From Hemiscyllium ocellatum (taxonomy: Eukaryota): a stretch of DNA of 64,000 bases. The stretch lies in contig NC_083428.1 of the NCBI RefSeq assembly GCF_020745735.1, positions 24,428,001-24,492,000 of the forward strand, in the 5' to 3' direction. Under the pieces are notes generated by a model, which saw nothing but the letters and a program-made list of their open reading frames with translations, was not told the origin of the DNA and did no database searches. Each line of letters begins with the position of its first letter. The stretch's first letter is position 1. This document shows positions 1-13,560 of this stretch, piece by piece. Both the position numbers and the translations under genes were made by a program.

Positions 1-1320
1 CACAAGATGTTTGATACAGTGTCACACAACAGTGCTGTGAGGAATGTTATAGTTTATGGAATAAAAGGGGTAGTAACAAAATGGATACAAAATTGTTTGA
101 GGGGTAGGAAACAGAAGAATGGTTAGTGTTTTTCTTTGGATGGTAAAGTTCGTAGTGGAGTTTCCCAGGGTTCTGTATTAGAATGTGTTTTTCCCAAAAA
201 TTTAAATGATTTAGATCTTGACATGCAAGGGACAGTTTCAAAGTTTGTGGCAACATACAACTTGGCAATTGTACAAAGAGCACAGAGAGACAGCATTAAA
301 TGAAGGATAGTAAAAAGTGAGGTCTGCAGATGCTGGAGATCAGATCTGAAAATGTGTTGCTGGTTAAAGCGCAGCAGGTCTGGCAGCATCCAAGGAACAG
401 GAAATTTGACATTTCGGGCATAAGCCCTTCATCAGGAAGGGCTTATGCCCGAAACGTCGAATTTCCTGTTCCTTGGATGCTGCCTGACCTGCTGCGCTTT
501 AACCAGCAACACATTTTCAGCTTAAATGAAGGATACCAAACAAAAGTGTACAATAGAGCCTAGACAGTGGGTGCATATGTACACAAGGAGAAAGCGAGGA
601 CTGCAGATACTAGAGATCAGAGTCGAGAGTGTGGTGCTGGAAAAGCACAGGCGAGGCAGCATCTGAGGAACAGGAGAATCAATGCCTCGGGCATAAGTCC
701 GTTTTTCCAGCCACACACTCATATGTACACAAGTCATTACAAGGTGACAGAATAGATAGACAGGACTGTTAATAAAAAATGCAAAATTCTAAGCTTCATA
801 AACAGGGATGTATTTTACAGAAGAAGGGAGGCATGATGAACTATTAAAGCATGTTAGACCTCAGCTGAAGTAGTGTGTACAGTCTGGGTGCCCCGCTTTG
901 GAAGGTTGTAAATGCAATGGAGTGCAGAAGAGGTTTACAAGAACGGTTCCTGAGAAAAAAAATTCAGTTTTGAGAGAAGACGAGAGGTTGGGACGGTTTT
1001 ACTTGAAGAGGAAGAGGAGGTTAAGAGGAGATTTGATAAAAGTTTTCTAAAACATGAGGAGTCTGGACAAAGTGGATAGGGAGAAACTATTCCCACTGAA
1101 ATGGATCGAGAACCAAAGGCCACCATTATAAAATGATTTGCGAAAAAAAGGTAGGTTAGCAAAACTTTCTACATAGAAAATAGTTACAGCATGAACGTAG
1201 TGCCTGGAACTGTTATAGTTTAATGAGGCATTCAATAATTAAATAGATCCAATGTGGAGGATTATGGCGGAAACGTTAAAGGCAGTTGTTGCAGGCATGA
1301 TCGACTGAATGGTCTCGTTC
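1..1320 (+). mobile_element. Degenerate CR1-type LINE 3' region, interrupted by Penelope-derived inserts
   Basis: Decayed RT C-terminal segments (SGVSQGSVL-, SKFVAT-, VRPQL-like) and a CR1-like 3' tail, with many stops and frameshifts. Confidence 0.7.
310..521. mobile_element. Short palindromic Penelope-terminal-repeat insertion with 14-bp TSD
   Basis: Inverted arms 346-430 and 436-520 around a 5-nt spacer; flanked by TTAAATGAAGGATA at 296-309 and 522-535; same terminal sequence flanks the GIY-YIG element at 21076-22017. Confidence 0.8.
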
Positions 1321-1469
1321 AGGTCTATAACAATGCTGTGGCTCTGCTTTTTAAATATTTGTGCTGGTTTTTCATAAAGAGATAACTGTAAGGTTGTGTT
1401 CTCATGGGAGATTACTACTTACATTAAGAAACAAATTAAGCTCTACGCCATTGTTTATTCCTTCTCCTA

Positions 1470-1529
1470 AGCACCCAGAATGCTAAAGGTCCTTAGCTTT
1501 TCACTAGCACCCAGAATGCTAAAGGTCCT
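1470..1529. repeat. 24-bp local direct duplication AGCACCCAGAATGCTAAAGGTCCT
   Basis: Copies at 1470-1493 and 1506-1529. Confidence 0.85.
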
Positions 1530-2439
1530 CTTTTAAACAGCAAAGAGTTTTAATCATCTTTAAAAGATAGGATAAATATTTAAGTACAAATGAGAATTAT
1601 GGAAAATTGTTTACTACTTATGTAAATATATTCAATGGTACTTGGACTTGCAGGGTTTCTCTTCTGTTTTTGTAATAGTACAGTGCACCTTTTACACATG
1701 ACGTGGAGTAGCTGACAGGCTCACTTGGAATGTGGTTCACTCTAGAAAAACATTTTGGAAAAGAATTTTGCTAGTGTGATACATCAGCAATCACCCTAGT
1801 TACAGTATTTTGGTTTTGTACAGCTCAAGATATTCGAGTTGAAGTCACAATAGTTACCATTTTTGATTTACATTGGTACAGAGATTAGTGATAAATGCTC
1901 ACGTCTGCAGGAGCGCAGTACATTGAGATGACTGCATACTTTTTGTCTTAAGAACTGTGGTCAAATTGTTAACCTGACTTCCAAATTATACAGTGAACTT
2001 CATTTACTGCATACCTACATGTATTGACTTTTATTGGCTGTTTAATGCAATTTTATGAGAATCCCAGTTGCAATAATTAAATCTATTCTCAATTAATGAT
2101 CAAAACCTAATTCTAAGTTGGACATCTAAGCTGAAGTCACTGTTCGTGTTCCTTTTTGTTTGCAGCTATACTATTTCTCATTTTAGAATTCAATAATGCA
2201 GTCAGAAGATACTATAACCCAACAACACAGCAGAGAACACCACATCACCTGTGCCACTTTGGTTACCTATTTTTCACTTTATAAATATACTAAAAGGCAT
2301 AAGACTGACTCTCTACAATATTTCTCATGAAATATAAGGAATAGTCAAGAGAACTGGTTCATTTTTCAAACTTCTGGAAGGAGGTATTCACCCAGGACAA
2401 GGATATAGACACTAGTGAGATTTGTTTGGAGCATGCTAA

Positions 2440-4735
2440 TAGGCTAGGGGTATTTTGAAAGCAAGAAAGAAGTGGTGTTGGATCTCTTGGAGAGCATCAG
2501 GGTGGATTAGTTGCCAGGTTACTGGGAGAGGTAAGGGAGGAGGAGATTGCTGGGGCCTTGACCAAGAGTATCCTCATTAGCCACTGGAGAGGTCCAGGAG
2601 GACTGGCGAGTAGCTGATGTTATTCCTCTGTTCAAGAAAGGAACTAGGATAATCCAGGAAACTAAAGACTGGTGAATCACACATCAGTGGTTGGGAACCT
2701 ACTGGGAGAGAATGCTTAGGGATAGAATTTATGCACATTTGGAAAAGCATGGCCTAATTAGGGACAGTCAGCATGGCTTTATGCAGGAAAGGTCACATCT
2801 TATTAACTTGATTGATGCTGTGGTTCTGTTCACTGAGCTGGGAATTTGTGTTGCAGACATTTCGTCCCCTGTCTAGGTGACATCCTCAGTGCTTGGGAGC
2901 CTCCTGTGAAGCGCTTCTGTGATCTTTCCTCCGGCATTTGTAGTGGTTTGAATCTGCCGCTTCCGGTTGTCAGTTCCAGCTGTCCGCTGCAGTGGTCGGT
3001 ATATTGGGTCCAGGTCGATGTGCTTATTGATGGAATCTGTGGATGAGTGCCATGCCTCTAGGAATTCCTTGGCTGTTCTCTGTTTGGCTTAACCTATAAT
3101 AGTAGTGTTGTCCCAGTCGATCTCATGTTGCTTGTCATCTGCATGTGTGGCTACTAAGGATAGCTGGTCGTGTCGTTTTGTGGCTAGTTGGTGTTCATGG
3201 ATGCGGATCGTTAGCTGTCTTCCTGTTTGTCCTATGTAGTGTTTTGTGCAGTCCTTGCATGGGATTTTGTACACCACATTGGTTTTGCTCAAGCTGGGTA
3301 TTGGGTCCAATGTAGTGTACAAAATCCCAACACTACGACCTGGACCCAATATACCGACCACTGCAGCGGACAGCTGGAACTGACAACCGGAAGCGGCAGA
3401 TTCAAACCACTACAAATGCTGGAGGAAAGATCACAGAAGTGCTTCACAGGAGGCTCCCAAGCACTGAGGATGTCACCTAGACAGAGGACGAAACGTCTGC
3501 AACACAAATTCCCAGTTTGGCGAACAGAACCACAACAACAAGCATCCGAGCTACAAGTCTTCTCACAAACTTTTAACTTAATTGAATTTGTCAACGAGGT
3601 GATGAAGGTGATCGATGAGGTTACAGCAGTAGTTGTGTTTGCATGGATTTCAGTAAGGCCAGAATATTAAGACGCATGGGATCCACGGTGACCTGACCGT
3701 GTAGATTCAAGATTGACTTGCCATAAAAAGCAGAGGGTAGTGGTGGAAGAGTGTTTTTCAGGTTGGAGGACTATGACTAGTGGTGCCGCGCAGGATCCGT
3801 CCTAGGACCTCTGCTGTTTGTGATATATATAAAAACTTATTTATATGAAAATGTTTTTGGTTGGGTTGTTAGTTTGCAGACAATACAAAGATTGGTAGAA
3901 TTGTGGATAGTGTAGAAGGTTTTCAAAGGCTACAGCAGGGTATAGACCAGTTGCAGATATGGACAGAGAAATGGCAGATCGAGCTTAATCCAGAGATCAA
4001 ATGTTAAGGAAAAAGTACAGTTAATGGCAGGACTCTGAACAGAATTGATGTACAGAAGGATTTTGGGGCTCAAGTCCATAGCTCCCTGAAAGAGGCCATG
4101 CAAGTAGATATGTGGTAAAATGCGGCACATGGCATGCCTGTCTTTCTTGGTTGGGGAATTGACTACAAGAGTCAGGATGCCATGCAGCTTTAGAAGATTG
4201 CATTCAGTTCTGGTCATCGTATTACAGGAAAGATGTAGAGGCTTTGAAGATGCTGAAGAGGTTTTCCAGGACACTGCCTGGATTAGAGGGTATGAGATAT
4301 AAGGAGACGCTACAAAAACTCGGGTTGTTTTTTCTTGAACAGCAGAAGCTGACGAGAGACTTGACAGAAGTATATAAAATTATGATATGCGTAGACAGGG
4401 TTGACTGCCAGAATCTTTTTCCCCAGAGTTGAAATGTCCAATACTAGGGAGCATGCATTTAAGATGAGAGAGGGAAGTTCAAAGAAGATGTGAGGGGCAA
4501 GTTTAATGACACAGATTGAGGTAGGAGTCTGGAACACACTGTCAGGATGGTGGTTGAGGCAGATATAATAAAGGGCACTTAAGGGACTTTTAGATATCAT
4601 ATGAATATAAATGAAATGGGGGGAAATGGAACAAAGGTAGGTATAATGGAATAGTTTAATTTGGCATCATGTTTGACACCACATTGTGGGCTAAAGGCCC
4701 CATTCCCTGCTGTACTGTTCGATATTCTATGTTCT
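2440..4735 (+). mobile_element. Degenerate CR1 LINE (RT region to 3' end) with a nested Penelope element
   Basis: RDRIYAHLEKHGLIRDSQHGF, LIEFVNEVMKVIDE and RFSRTLPGLEGMRYKETLQKLGLF fragments typical of CR1 ORF2. Confidence 0.85.
2816..3572 (-). mobile_element. Penelope-like retroelement fragment (GIY-YIG endonuclease) with inverted terminal segments
   Basis: ORF 3089-3361 contains NVVYKIPCKDCTKHYIGQTGRQLTIRIHEH; ~2816-3015 is inverted relative to ~3340-3540; near-perfect TSD TTAACTTRATTGA at 2803-2815 and 3573-3585. Confidence 0.85.
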
Positions 4736-4742
4736 AAGTTGA

Positions 4743-5030
4743 CACGGTGGCACAGTGGTTAGCACTGCTGCCTCACAGTGCCAGAGACCCAGGTTAAATT
4801 CCCGCCTTGGGCAATTGTCTGTGTAGAGTTTGCACATTCTCACCGTGTCTGCGTGGGTTTCCTTCGGGTGCTCCGGTTTCCTCCCACAGTCCAAAGATGT
4901 GCAGGTTAGGTGAACTGGCCATGCTAAATTGCCCGTAGTGTTAGGTGTAGGGGTCTGCGTGGGTTGCTCTTCGGAGGGTCGGTGTGGACTTGTTGGGCTG
5001 AAGGGCCTGTTTCCACACTGAGTAATCTAA
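4743..5030 (+). mobile_element. HE1-type tRNA-derived shark SINE
   Basis: GGTGGCACAGTGGTTAGCACTGCTGCCTCACAG head and CR1-like tail ending CCTGTTTCCACACTG; many copies in window. Confidence 0.85.
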
Positions 5031-5885
5031 CCTAGACAAACTGTCATGTATTTCCTAGTCACTTGGCCTTGAGAATTTGAACCCTTGCATCTTGCTTTAC
5101 TGGCAATAAGTATTAAGGCCATAATAGATTAATGCCAAAAATGGATTGACTTATTTTTGTTCATATTATGCAGATGGGCATAAAGCAGTCTCTATACTTT
5201 ACAAGAAAATAGTTTATCATTTATAAGCACCACTTATAGATAAGGCCAACCTCACTTTAAACAAACGTATCGATAAAGTTGTTTGGGACAATACCATGTG
5301 GGTTTCACAGTGACATAAAAATCAGTCAATTCAGATTGATAAGAAGATCTCTTATATAATATTAACCGTTAATTCAACACTGTTGTCAGGAGTTTATTAA
5401 GTGCAATAAAAGATGTGTAAAATCATTACACTATATTTATCAAAAACAGTCAGTAGTATAATTGCAAATGTCATCATCCAAAATGTGGGTTATATTTGGA
5501 TTCAGTACTTGTATTGGAGCCAAATATTGAAGGAAGGGTGTGGGAAGCAGTGCTCATAGGTAAGGATAATGTCAACAATTTGCTAAGCTTGATATGTCAA
5601 TGTGAGAGATTGAGGACTGAGAGCCCAGACATATGTGCATTTGCTGAGATTCAGGACAGCTAGAGTTCTCTTAACATTTTCTAACGGAATTTTAGCATAC
5701 CCAGTGAGAGAAGCAGTGATGAAGCTAAAAAATGTGTTGCTGGAAAAGCGCAGCATGTCAGCCAGCATCCAAGGAGAAGGAGAATCGACGTTTCGGGCAC
5801 AAGCACTTCTTCAGGAGAGAGGCAATGAGGCAAGAAAACAATAGTGAATCAAAGCACAATATGAAACCCAACAAGAAATACTCAC

Positions 5886-5954
5886 ACAAGGGACTTTGTT
5901 TTCATTCTGAACATTAATTTGTCGTAAAAGTCGTCGTTCATAATCTTGATCCAT
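5886..5954 (-). CDS. FZR1: Fizzy-related protein 1 (Cdh1, APC/C co-activator), first coding exon; gene continues beyond the window start
   Basis: Translates MDQDYERRLLRQINVQNENKVPC, matching the FZR1 N-terminus; GTGAGT donor at 5885-5880; acceptor TTTCAG puts exon start at 5999; head-to-head with DOHH as in human. Confidence 0.92.
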
Positions 5955-8494
5955 GGTAAGAGGAGTTGAATGTGATTAAGGCTGAATCAGGAGTCAGCAC
6001 TGAAATAAGGCAAGAATCAATAATCAGTAAATGAAATCTTCAATACTGTGCAACTTTTACACTAGTAGTCAGCATGATAAATATACAAAACAGCAATTCA
6101 TTGATTGTAATTCAAATAAATTTTGTCTGAATGTTTGAATCAGAACTTTGACAGACTAACTTTTTGGAAGTGTCAGCACAAAATGAGTGAGACTGCGTAT
6201 CTTTTTTATTATCGCAGTGAGAACAGAAGAGAGATCAGATAACATAACCAAAACTCACTCTCCAAGGTCCAAACTAGATTAAACACGCTCCCAATGAAAC
6301 CTGTCTTTGCTTTTTTTGTTGTTTTTGAAGAAAGACGTTATGATGCACTATCAAGCTGACCACTTAGAACCATTGGCTTGCACTTGTAACATAACTATGC
6401 ATTCAAAGGCATAGTGCAGGGGAGTGGTGGAAATCTAGAGAGAAACAAATATTGTGCTATGGAGGAGAGATTTGGGCACAACAGTTGGTACAAGGAATCT
6501 ATACCATTGCCCACTCAATGCCAGGAAAGGTCGGTATTGAGAAACCTTTTTCAAAAAGCTGGGATTAAAGCAACTTGCAAGGATATTGGCTAGAACTTAA
6601 AGCTTGATTTTCCATAAAGGTGTAAAATAAACTGTTTGCACTATTGGCATCACTTATTACGGTCACAGAGTGAGATATGGCAACAAAAGAAAAACAATAT
6701 TCAGACAAACCATAATTCATAATTTGTTATCTTGCACTTCACAACAAAATTCCTGAATTTATCAAAAGATCATTCAATGTACTTGTTAAGTGCAGAAGAT
6801 AAAGCTGTACATTATGGTAGAACCCAGTTATTTTCAATTCACATACGAATCCAAGATTGAATACCAGAAGAATCTTCTTCATTGCTGCATTCCAGTCCAC
6901 ACACCAACCTAGCCTAAATAATTCAGTACAATACCAAGGAATTGTTCGACTTTCCAGCTTTCTCATGAGATGTTAAATCTGTATGTTAAACTTTCTTTTG
7001 TTCAAGAGATCCCAGCACTGCGTAATTTAAGACCTACAGAGTTCTTCTGATATCCTAACTAAAATATATCCTTAACGCTGTAAGTTCCTGTAAGATTCAA
7101 TGAAATGTTCTATGTTTTTTGCAATTGTATCTACTTCATTAAAAATGACAGTGTTTTAAAAAATAAATTTGATGGTTTTTGATACTTTGGGAAATATGAT
7201 GCTAAAAATTAGATCCTCTATATTGGAATCTTGTACAATTAAAATGGTACCAATAATTTTTAAAAACCAAAACTGCAGGCCTAGCCTGGCCATGCTCCAA
7301 TCTGTCTAACCGCAAGAATGAACCATAAAATCTTCAAACACTGAACTCACCTCCCCATACCCTATACTGAAAGCTCCTTTTCAACACATCTAACCTTTCT
7401 GCTCCATTCTGCTTTTCCAATTACTGCTTAGCCATGTCTTTCATTGAAGACCATCACTTAGTCTGCTTGAACTATCTTACCTTTCCTTCTGTTTTTGAAA
7501 GGCCAATTAAAACACACTTCTGATTTATAATCAGAAACATTTTTAAATGTTTGAATTCCACAAAAGGCAATATATTATTTTATGAATTCAAATGGAATTC
7601 AAGGTTTGTCTCATTTGTGAGAAGACTATTCAATATGCAATGCAATAACAAACATCTATTCTGCAATGTAGTTGTTTCTCTGGAATAAATCCCCCCGCCA
7701 TTCTTGCGCACAAATCATTTGAGAAAAAATATTTCTATTCCTAAAAATAACATACAACATTTCATAATGTGGATATTAGTGATATTGACGGAAAGCTGCA
7801 TTAAACTCAAATAAAACATATAACAAGGAACAACTGGAAGGTAACAATGAACTAGCACAGCAAATGTAATTCATAACTCGACAAAAATAATTTCATTTTG
7901 AACTAACTGATAAAGCGGTTTCTATTTGATATTATATGATACAGCGTTTGAGTATCAAGCTTAAGCTTTTGGAAACATGAAGTGTCTTATCTAAAGATAC
8001 ATTGCATGCTAATACACAACTGTGATACTATTACAACTTGTAGAGCAACAACACTAACTGAAATTTGAGCTGCTTTGAAAGTTACTCAAGGTAATGCATC
8101 TGTATTACTGTTCAGCCCACTTAGGGATGCAGTGTGTTTCTCTCCTACAGGAAAAAAAATAGGTTGATGGTCATTGATTGTTGATTAATCATAGCAATCT
8201 GTTATGATTCTAACATATAATCACTACAATAGAAGACAAATTAAATGGCTTTAGCAATTTCTATTTTCCTGCTTCATTGGATTATAACAGGTGTAAAATG
8301 TTGATATTCTTAAAGATAGCTATTGGATAAAACAAGCTTGAGTTCTGAATTTACAAAACAAACTACATCCTTTTAAATGGGAAATACATTAGGAGAGACC
8401 CTCTGAGTTGCATAACAGTTAAGTGTTATTGAAAAAATAGATGATATCAACCCGAACAAAGGAAAAGTTAGAATTAGGCATAGTTACACTGAAT

Positions 8495-8805
8495 TGTTGG
8501 GAAGGCAATGGTATTATCATTGGATTATAAAGCTACAAACCCAAGCAGTGACCCAGGTTCAAATGCCACCATTGCATGGAATTTGAATTCAATGAAAATC
8601 TGGAATGAAGAGCCTCATGATGATCATGAAATCAGAGCTGATTGTGAGAAAGGCCCATCTCGTTCACTGATGGCCTTTAGGGAAAACAAAAAATCTGCCT
8701 TTGCGACCTATATGTAACTTCAAACCCACAATGTGGTTAACTCTTAACTGACCCTAGGCAATAAATGCTGGCCGAGCCAGTGCCAGCCCATCCTGTAAAT
8801 GAATA
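8495..8805 (+). mobile_element. Deu-domain SINE (SacSINE1/AmnSINE-like), degenerate
   Basis: GACCCAGGTTCAAAT B-box, GAATTTGAATTCAAT and GTTCACTGATGGCCTTTAGGGAA core; related copies at ~40640-40900, ~48330-48470 and ~54960-55130. Confidence 0.6.
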
Positions 8806-9549
8806 GGTGGTGTGCTTCTCAGCAATGCAGTCCATAACAATCTTACTTCACCTTGTCCAAACCAGAAAAGTGCTCGCCTTTGAAAGGGCATTAATTTTAA
8901 ATTTATCTATAGAAGCAGTATATCTCAGACGAAGTTATTAATCTATGGAACAAGCCGCCTAGCATCACTTGGAAGACATTAGTATTATTTCATTACAAAC
9001 AAATTAGGTAGGTTTACTTCAGTAAACAACTTTTTGGGATACAATGTGCACAAATTGTTTGAGATACGACATGTGTAGTCTGTGGTTCTGAAATTACTGA
9101 GGTTTTTCCTCACAATTTACAAAGCAAGTGATTGATTATTAAAATTAATCAATTACTTTATCATAACACCACACAACTGCCCGGGTGATAGGAGTCAATC
9201 TTATGAACAATGATCCTCCATCTCTAGCAATTCTTTTGTTTAAAAGTGATGGGGCAATGGTTGCAGCAATTGGTTGCAATGAGAGGAATCCACACTCTAA
9301 GGCACACTTTAGGCCTTCTACTTTCACCAACCTTTTGATCATCATGTGGCTTGATGTCATATTTAATTTCATAATTTTCTGCGAAGCACTCTTGGATGTT
9401 AACTTAAAGGTATGATATTTTTAAAAGTTCCTGTTGCTGTTACTAATTATTAAAATGCACTGGCTCTTTCCAAAGCACTACTGATGGCAATACTACTTTC
9501 TCAAAATGATTGACTAGATTTTAAAATCAGGTTCCTACTGGTACAGAAT

Positions 9550-11350
9550 ATAGTCATAAGAGATCTACAGCGCATAAAAAGATCCGACAGATCAGAGTCC
9601 ATGCTGGTCACAAACAACCACCTAACTATCGATTCCCATTCTTCCAGCACTTAGCCCATAGTCATGTATACCTTGGCATCACAAGTGCACGTCAAAACAC
9701 TTAAATGTTTTGAGGATTTCTGTCTCCACCATCCTTAGAGGCAGTGAGTTTCAGATTCCCACCATCCTCCTCAAAATTCCCAGTCACTGATCCTTTCATC
9801 AAGCGGAAACTTTTCTTCATATCTATACTGTCTGAGCCCCTTCATAATTTTATACATTTCAATCATTTCCTTAGAAGGGATAACAACCCTGGTCTGTCCA
9901 TAACAAAAACACTCCAGCCCAGGAAACATCCTAATAACTTTCCACTGCAAGCTGAACAGTGTTACCATATATTTTCTTTAATATGTATTCCAAAATTGCA
10001 TACAATAATCTAGCTGTGTCCTTAACAATGCTTTATACAGTGCCAGCATACTTTCCCTGCTCTTAAACTGTATGCCTCAACTAACAAAGACAAGTATCCC
10101 ACTGGCCACCTTGACGGTTTAACGGACTGGGGTACAGAAGAATCTCGATTATCCGTATTTAGGACTACTTGAATAAGATTTCAAGACCCTGATGCTTGGC
10201 TAAACTGTGTTACCCCAGCATTGAATTATCCGAACAAAATACTCCCCACCCATGATGTTCGGACAATTGAGGTTCCTCTGCACGTGCACATAAAAGTGCT
10301 TGCAGTTCATTCTGAATTCTCTTGTCTTGCTGGCCCTGCCCAAAATGCATCATGTCTCATTTACCTGTTTGGAATTTCATTTGCCACTGATCAACCCATC
10401 TGACCAGCCTGTCTATATTCTCCTGTAAACAAAGGCTGTTCTAGCTATTTACCACCCCACCAATTGTTGTATCACCTGCAAACTTACTGATCAATCATCT
10501 TGCATTCAAATCTAAATTGTTTATTTATGTAAACCACAGACAAAAGGGCCCCAATACTGACATATGTGGGACCCCACACGACACAGATCCTGTCAGTAAA
10601 ACACTCCTGAACCATTAGTGTTTCCTGCCACTCAGACAACTGTGGATCCAATTCACCAGATTTCCATCGATCCCATGGGCTCTTACCTTTGCTATGAGTC
10701 TCCCATGTGGGATCTTTACCAAAAGCCTGGCTGAGGTCCAAGTAGACTACATCAAAAGCATTGTCCTTATCTTCATGGTCACCTCTTCAAAGATGTCAAT
10801 TAGGTTGGTAAGACATGACATTCTCTGAACAAAATAATGCTGATTAGATTAAATTACTTACAGTGTGGAAACAGGCCCTTCGGCCCAACAAGTCCACACC
10901 GACCCATTGAAGCGCAACCCACCCAGACCCATTCCCCGACATTTACCCCTTCATCTAACATTACGGGCAATTTAGCATGGCCAATTCACCTAATCTGCAC
11001 ATTTTTGGATTGTGGGAGTAAGCCGGAGCAACCGGAGGAAACCCACGCAGAAATGGGGAGAATATGCAAACTCCACACAGAGAGTTACCTGAGGCAGGAA
11101 CAGAAGCAGGTCTCTGGTGCTGTGAGGCAAATCCCTTGTTCACCAAATCAAGATTAATTTTGTCCCTTAGAATTGCTTCCAAAAGTTACCCCTCCAACAA
11201 GGTTAAACTATCTAGCCTATGGTTTTCAGGTTTATCCGTTCCTTCTTTCTTGAATAATGATACCACACTGTCCTCAAGTCTTCAAGCATCTCCTGTGGGC
11301 AGAGAGGAATTGAAGCTTTTTGAACATCTTAATATTTCCTCCCTTTCAGG
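9550..11350 (-). mobile_element. Degenerate CR1 LINE with nested HE1-type SINE (~10845-11128, minus)
   Basis: MDLSQAFGKDP, MEAILRDKIN and RMFPGLE fragments on the minus strand; SINE head and tail in reverse orientation. Confidence 0.75.
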
Positions 11351-11459
11351 TCGTAAGCGTGCTCGCTAAGCCGGAAAGTTTGTCCTCAAACATTTCGTCA
11401 CCAAGCTAGTAACATCATCAGTGAGCCTCCGTTGAAGCACTGGTATACTGTCCCATTTT

Positions 11460-12120
11460 AAGACCATAAGACATAGGAGTGGAAGTAAGGCCATTCAGCC
11501 CATCAAGTCCACTCCGCCATTCAATTATGGCTGATGGGCATTTCAACTCCACTTACCAGTGTTCTTCCCGTAGCCCTTAATTCCTCGAGACAACAAGAAT
11601 CTATCAATCTCGGCCTTGAAGAGATTTAGCGTCCCGGCCTCCACTGCACTCCGTGGCAATGAATTCCACAGGCCCACCACTCTCTGGCTGAAGAAATGTC
11701 TCCGCATTTCTGTTCTGAATTGACCCCCTCTAATTCTAAGGATGTGTCCACGGGTCCTAGTCTCCTCGCCTAACGGAAACAATTTCCTAGCGTCCACCCT
11801 TTCCAAGCCATGTATTATCTTGTACGTCTCTATTAAGTCTCCCCTTAATCTTCTAAACTCCAATGAATACAATCCCAGGATCCTCAGCCGTTCCTCATAT
11901 GTTAGACCTGCCATTCCAGGGATCATCCGTGTGAATCTCCGCTGGACACGTTTCAGTGCCAGTATGTCCTTCCTGAGATGTGGGGACCAAAACTGGACAC
12001 AGTACTCCAAATGGGGCCTGACCAGAGTTTTATAAAGTTTCAGTAGCACATCTCTGCTTTTATATTCCAACCCTCTTGACATAAGAGACAACATTGCATT
12101 CGCTTTCTTAATCATGGACT
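11460..12120 (-). mobile_element. Young 5'-truncated CR1 LINE 3' end
   Basis: Uninterrupted 190-aa ORF 11543-12115 (LYKTLVRPHLEYCVQFWSP...RLRGDLIETYKI...FFSQRVVGLWNSLP); tail repeat GACCATAAGACATAGG. Confidence 0.92.
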
Positions 12121-12124
12121 CAAT

Positions 12125-13560
12125 TTGTGTGTCTTGGTCTGCTGTGGTGGATGGTCACTTCCAGTTCTTTTTCTGAGAGGTTGGCAAATTGGGTCCAAAT
12201 TGATGTGTTTGTTGGTGGTGCTCCAGTTTGAATACCAGTCCTCTAGGTGTTCCCATGCATGTCTCTGGATGTGTTATACCTTCTTGTAAACATCTTGCAG
12301 ATGATGACCACACTACTCCAGCCCCATGGCTTTGTGGTAGCCCCCAAACCTTCCAAAACACTGAATCAACTCTTTATGAATCTAAAGTACTAACAGGGTA
12401 AAAATAATGACTGCAGATGCTGGAAACCAGATTCTGGATTAGTGGTGCTGGAAGAGCATATCAGTTCAGGCAGCACCCGAGGAGCAATAAAATCGACCTA
12501 AAGTACTAACAACCAGCAGAACAAACGTCATTTACAAAATATCCTGCAAGGACACTAGCCACCAGGACACACTAGCACCAACTAGCTACCAAAAGACACA
12601 ACCAACTATCACTAGCATCCTGACACACAGACAAAGAGGGACACAGTTCGCCTGGGACAATACATCCATCCTGGGATAGGCTAAACAAAGACATGCACGG
12701 GAATTCCTAGAGTCCTGGCATTCAAACCAGAACTCCATCAACAAACAGATCTACTTGGACCCCATTTACCAAACTCTCAGATCCTCTCAAACCTGAACCA
12801 TAACCTGAGCTACAAATCTTCACAAAAATCAATTTTCTCCTTTTTTTCTCTCAACAACCTGTAATTTCATCTGGGCCTGGATATTTGTCAAATTTATAAG
12901 ACTGCCAGACCATTCAGATCTTGCTGTCAATGGTAATTTGTTTAATTGTATCACAGATTTTCTCCCTCATTTCTATACTCATGTCGGCCCTCTCACTAGT
13001 CAACGCCGACACAAACCAGTCACTTACAATTCTACCAATATCCTCTGCTTCCAGGCACAAATTACCACAATGGTCTACAATGCACCGTACTTTTTCCCTT
13101 GTTACCCTTAAGGTACCTGCAAAAGAATTTAGGATTTACTTGGCAGTAAGTCTGTTCACTGAGCTTGAAGGTTTGTTTTCAGACACTTCGTCACCATAAT
13201 AGGTAACATCATCAGTGAGAGCCTCCGGTGAAGCACTGATGATACGTCCTGCATCTCTATGTCCAGGTCTTGGTTTCTTAATGTGGGTGCTGTAATTTCA
13301 GGTTCATTTTTTTCAAAGAAAGGTAGATAGGACCTAAATCAATGCGTTTATTGATGGAGTTCTAGTTAGAATACCATGCCTCGAAGAATTCTCATGCATG
13401 AGAGAGAGAGAGGGAGGGAGATGGAACATAGCATCACAGACCCTCACTGTGGATGTTACCTAGTATGGTGACAAAACGTCTAAAAACAAACCTTCAAACT
13501 GAGCGAGCAAACTTACAGACGTATCATCAGCCTGAGCTACAAATCTTCTGAAAAATCATA
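12125..13560. mobile_element. Cluster of Penelope-like fragments (GIY-YIG remnants and terminal repeats) mixed with CR1 remnants
   Basis: TNVIYKISCKD-like remnant at ~12520-12780; terminal repeats at 13140-13400 and 13430-13560; matching left piece at ~11370-11460. Confidence 0.7.

Noticed and set aside
4743-4815. tRNA-like A/B boxes here and in other copies
   Set aside because: They are SINE heads, not tRNA genes
1-5885. Further FZR1 coding exons (e.g. the GDRFIP C-box exon)
   Set aside because: Not found by eye on the minus strand; presumed to lie before the window start
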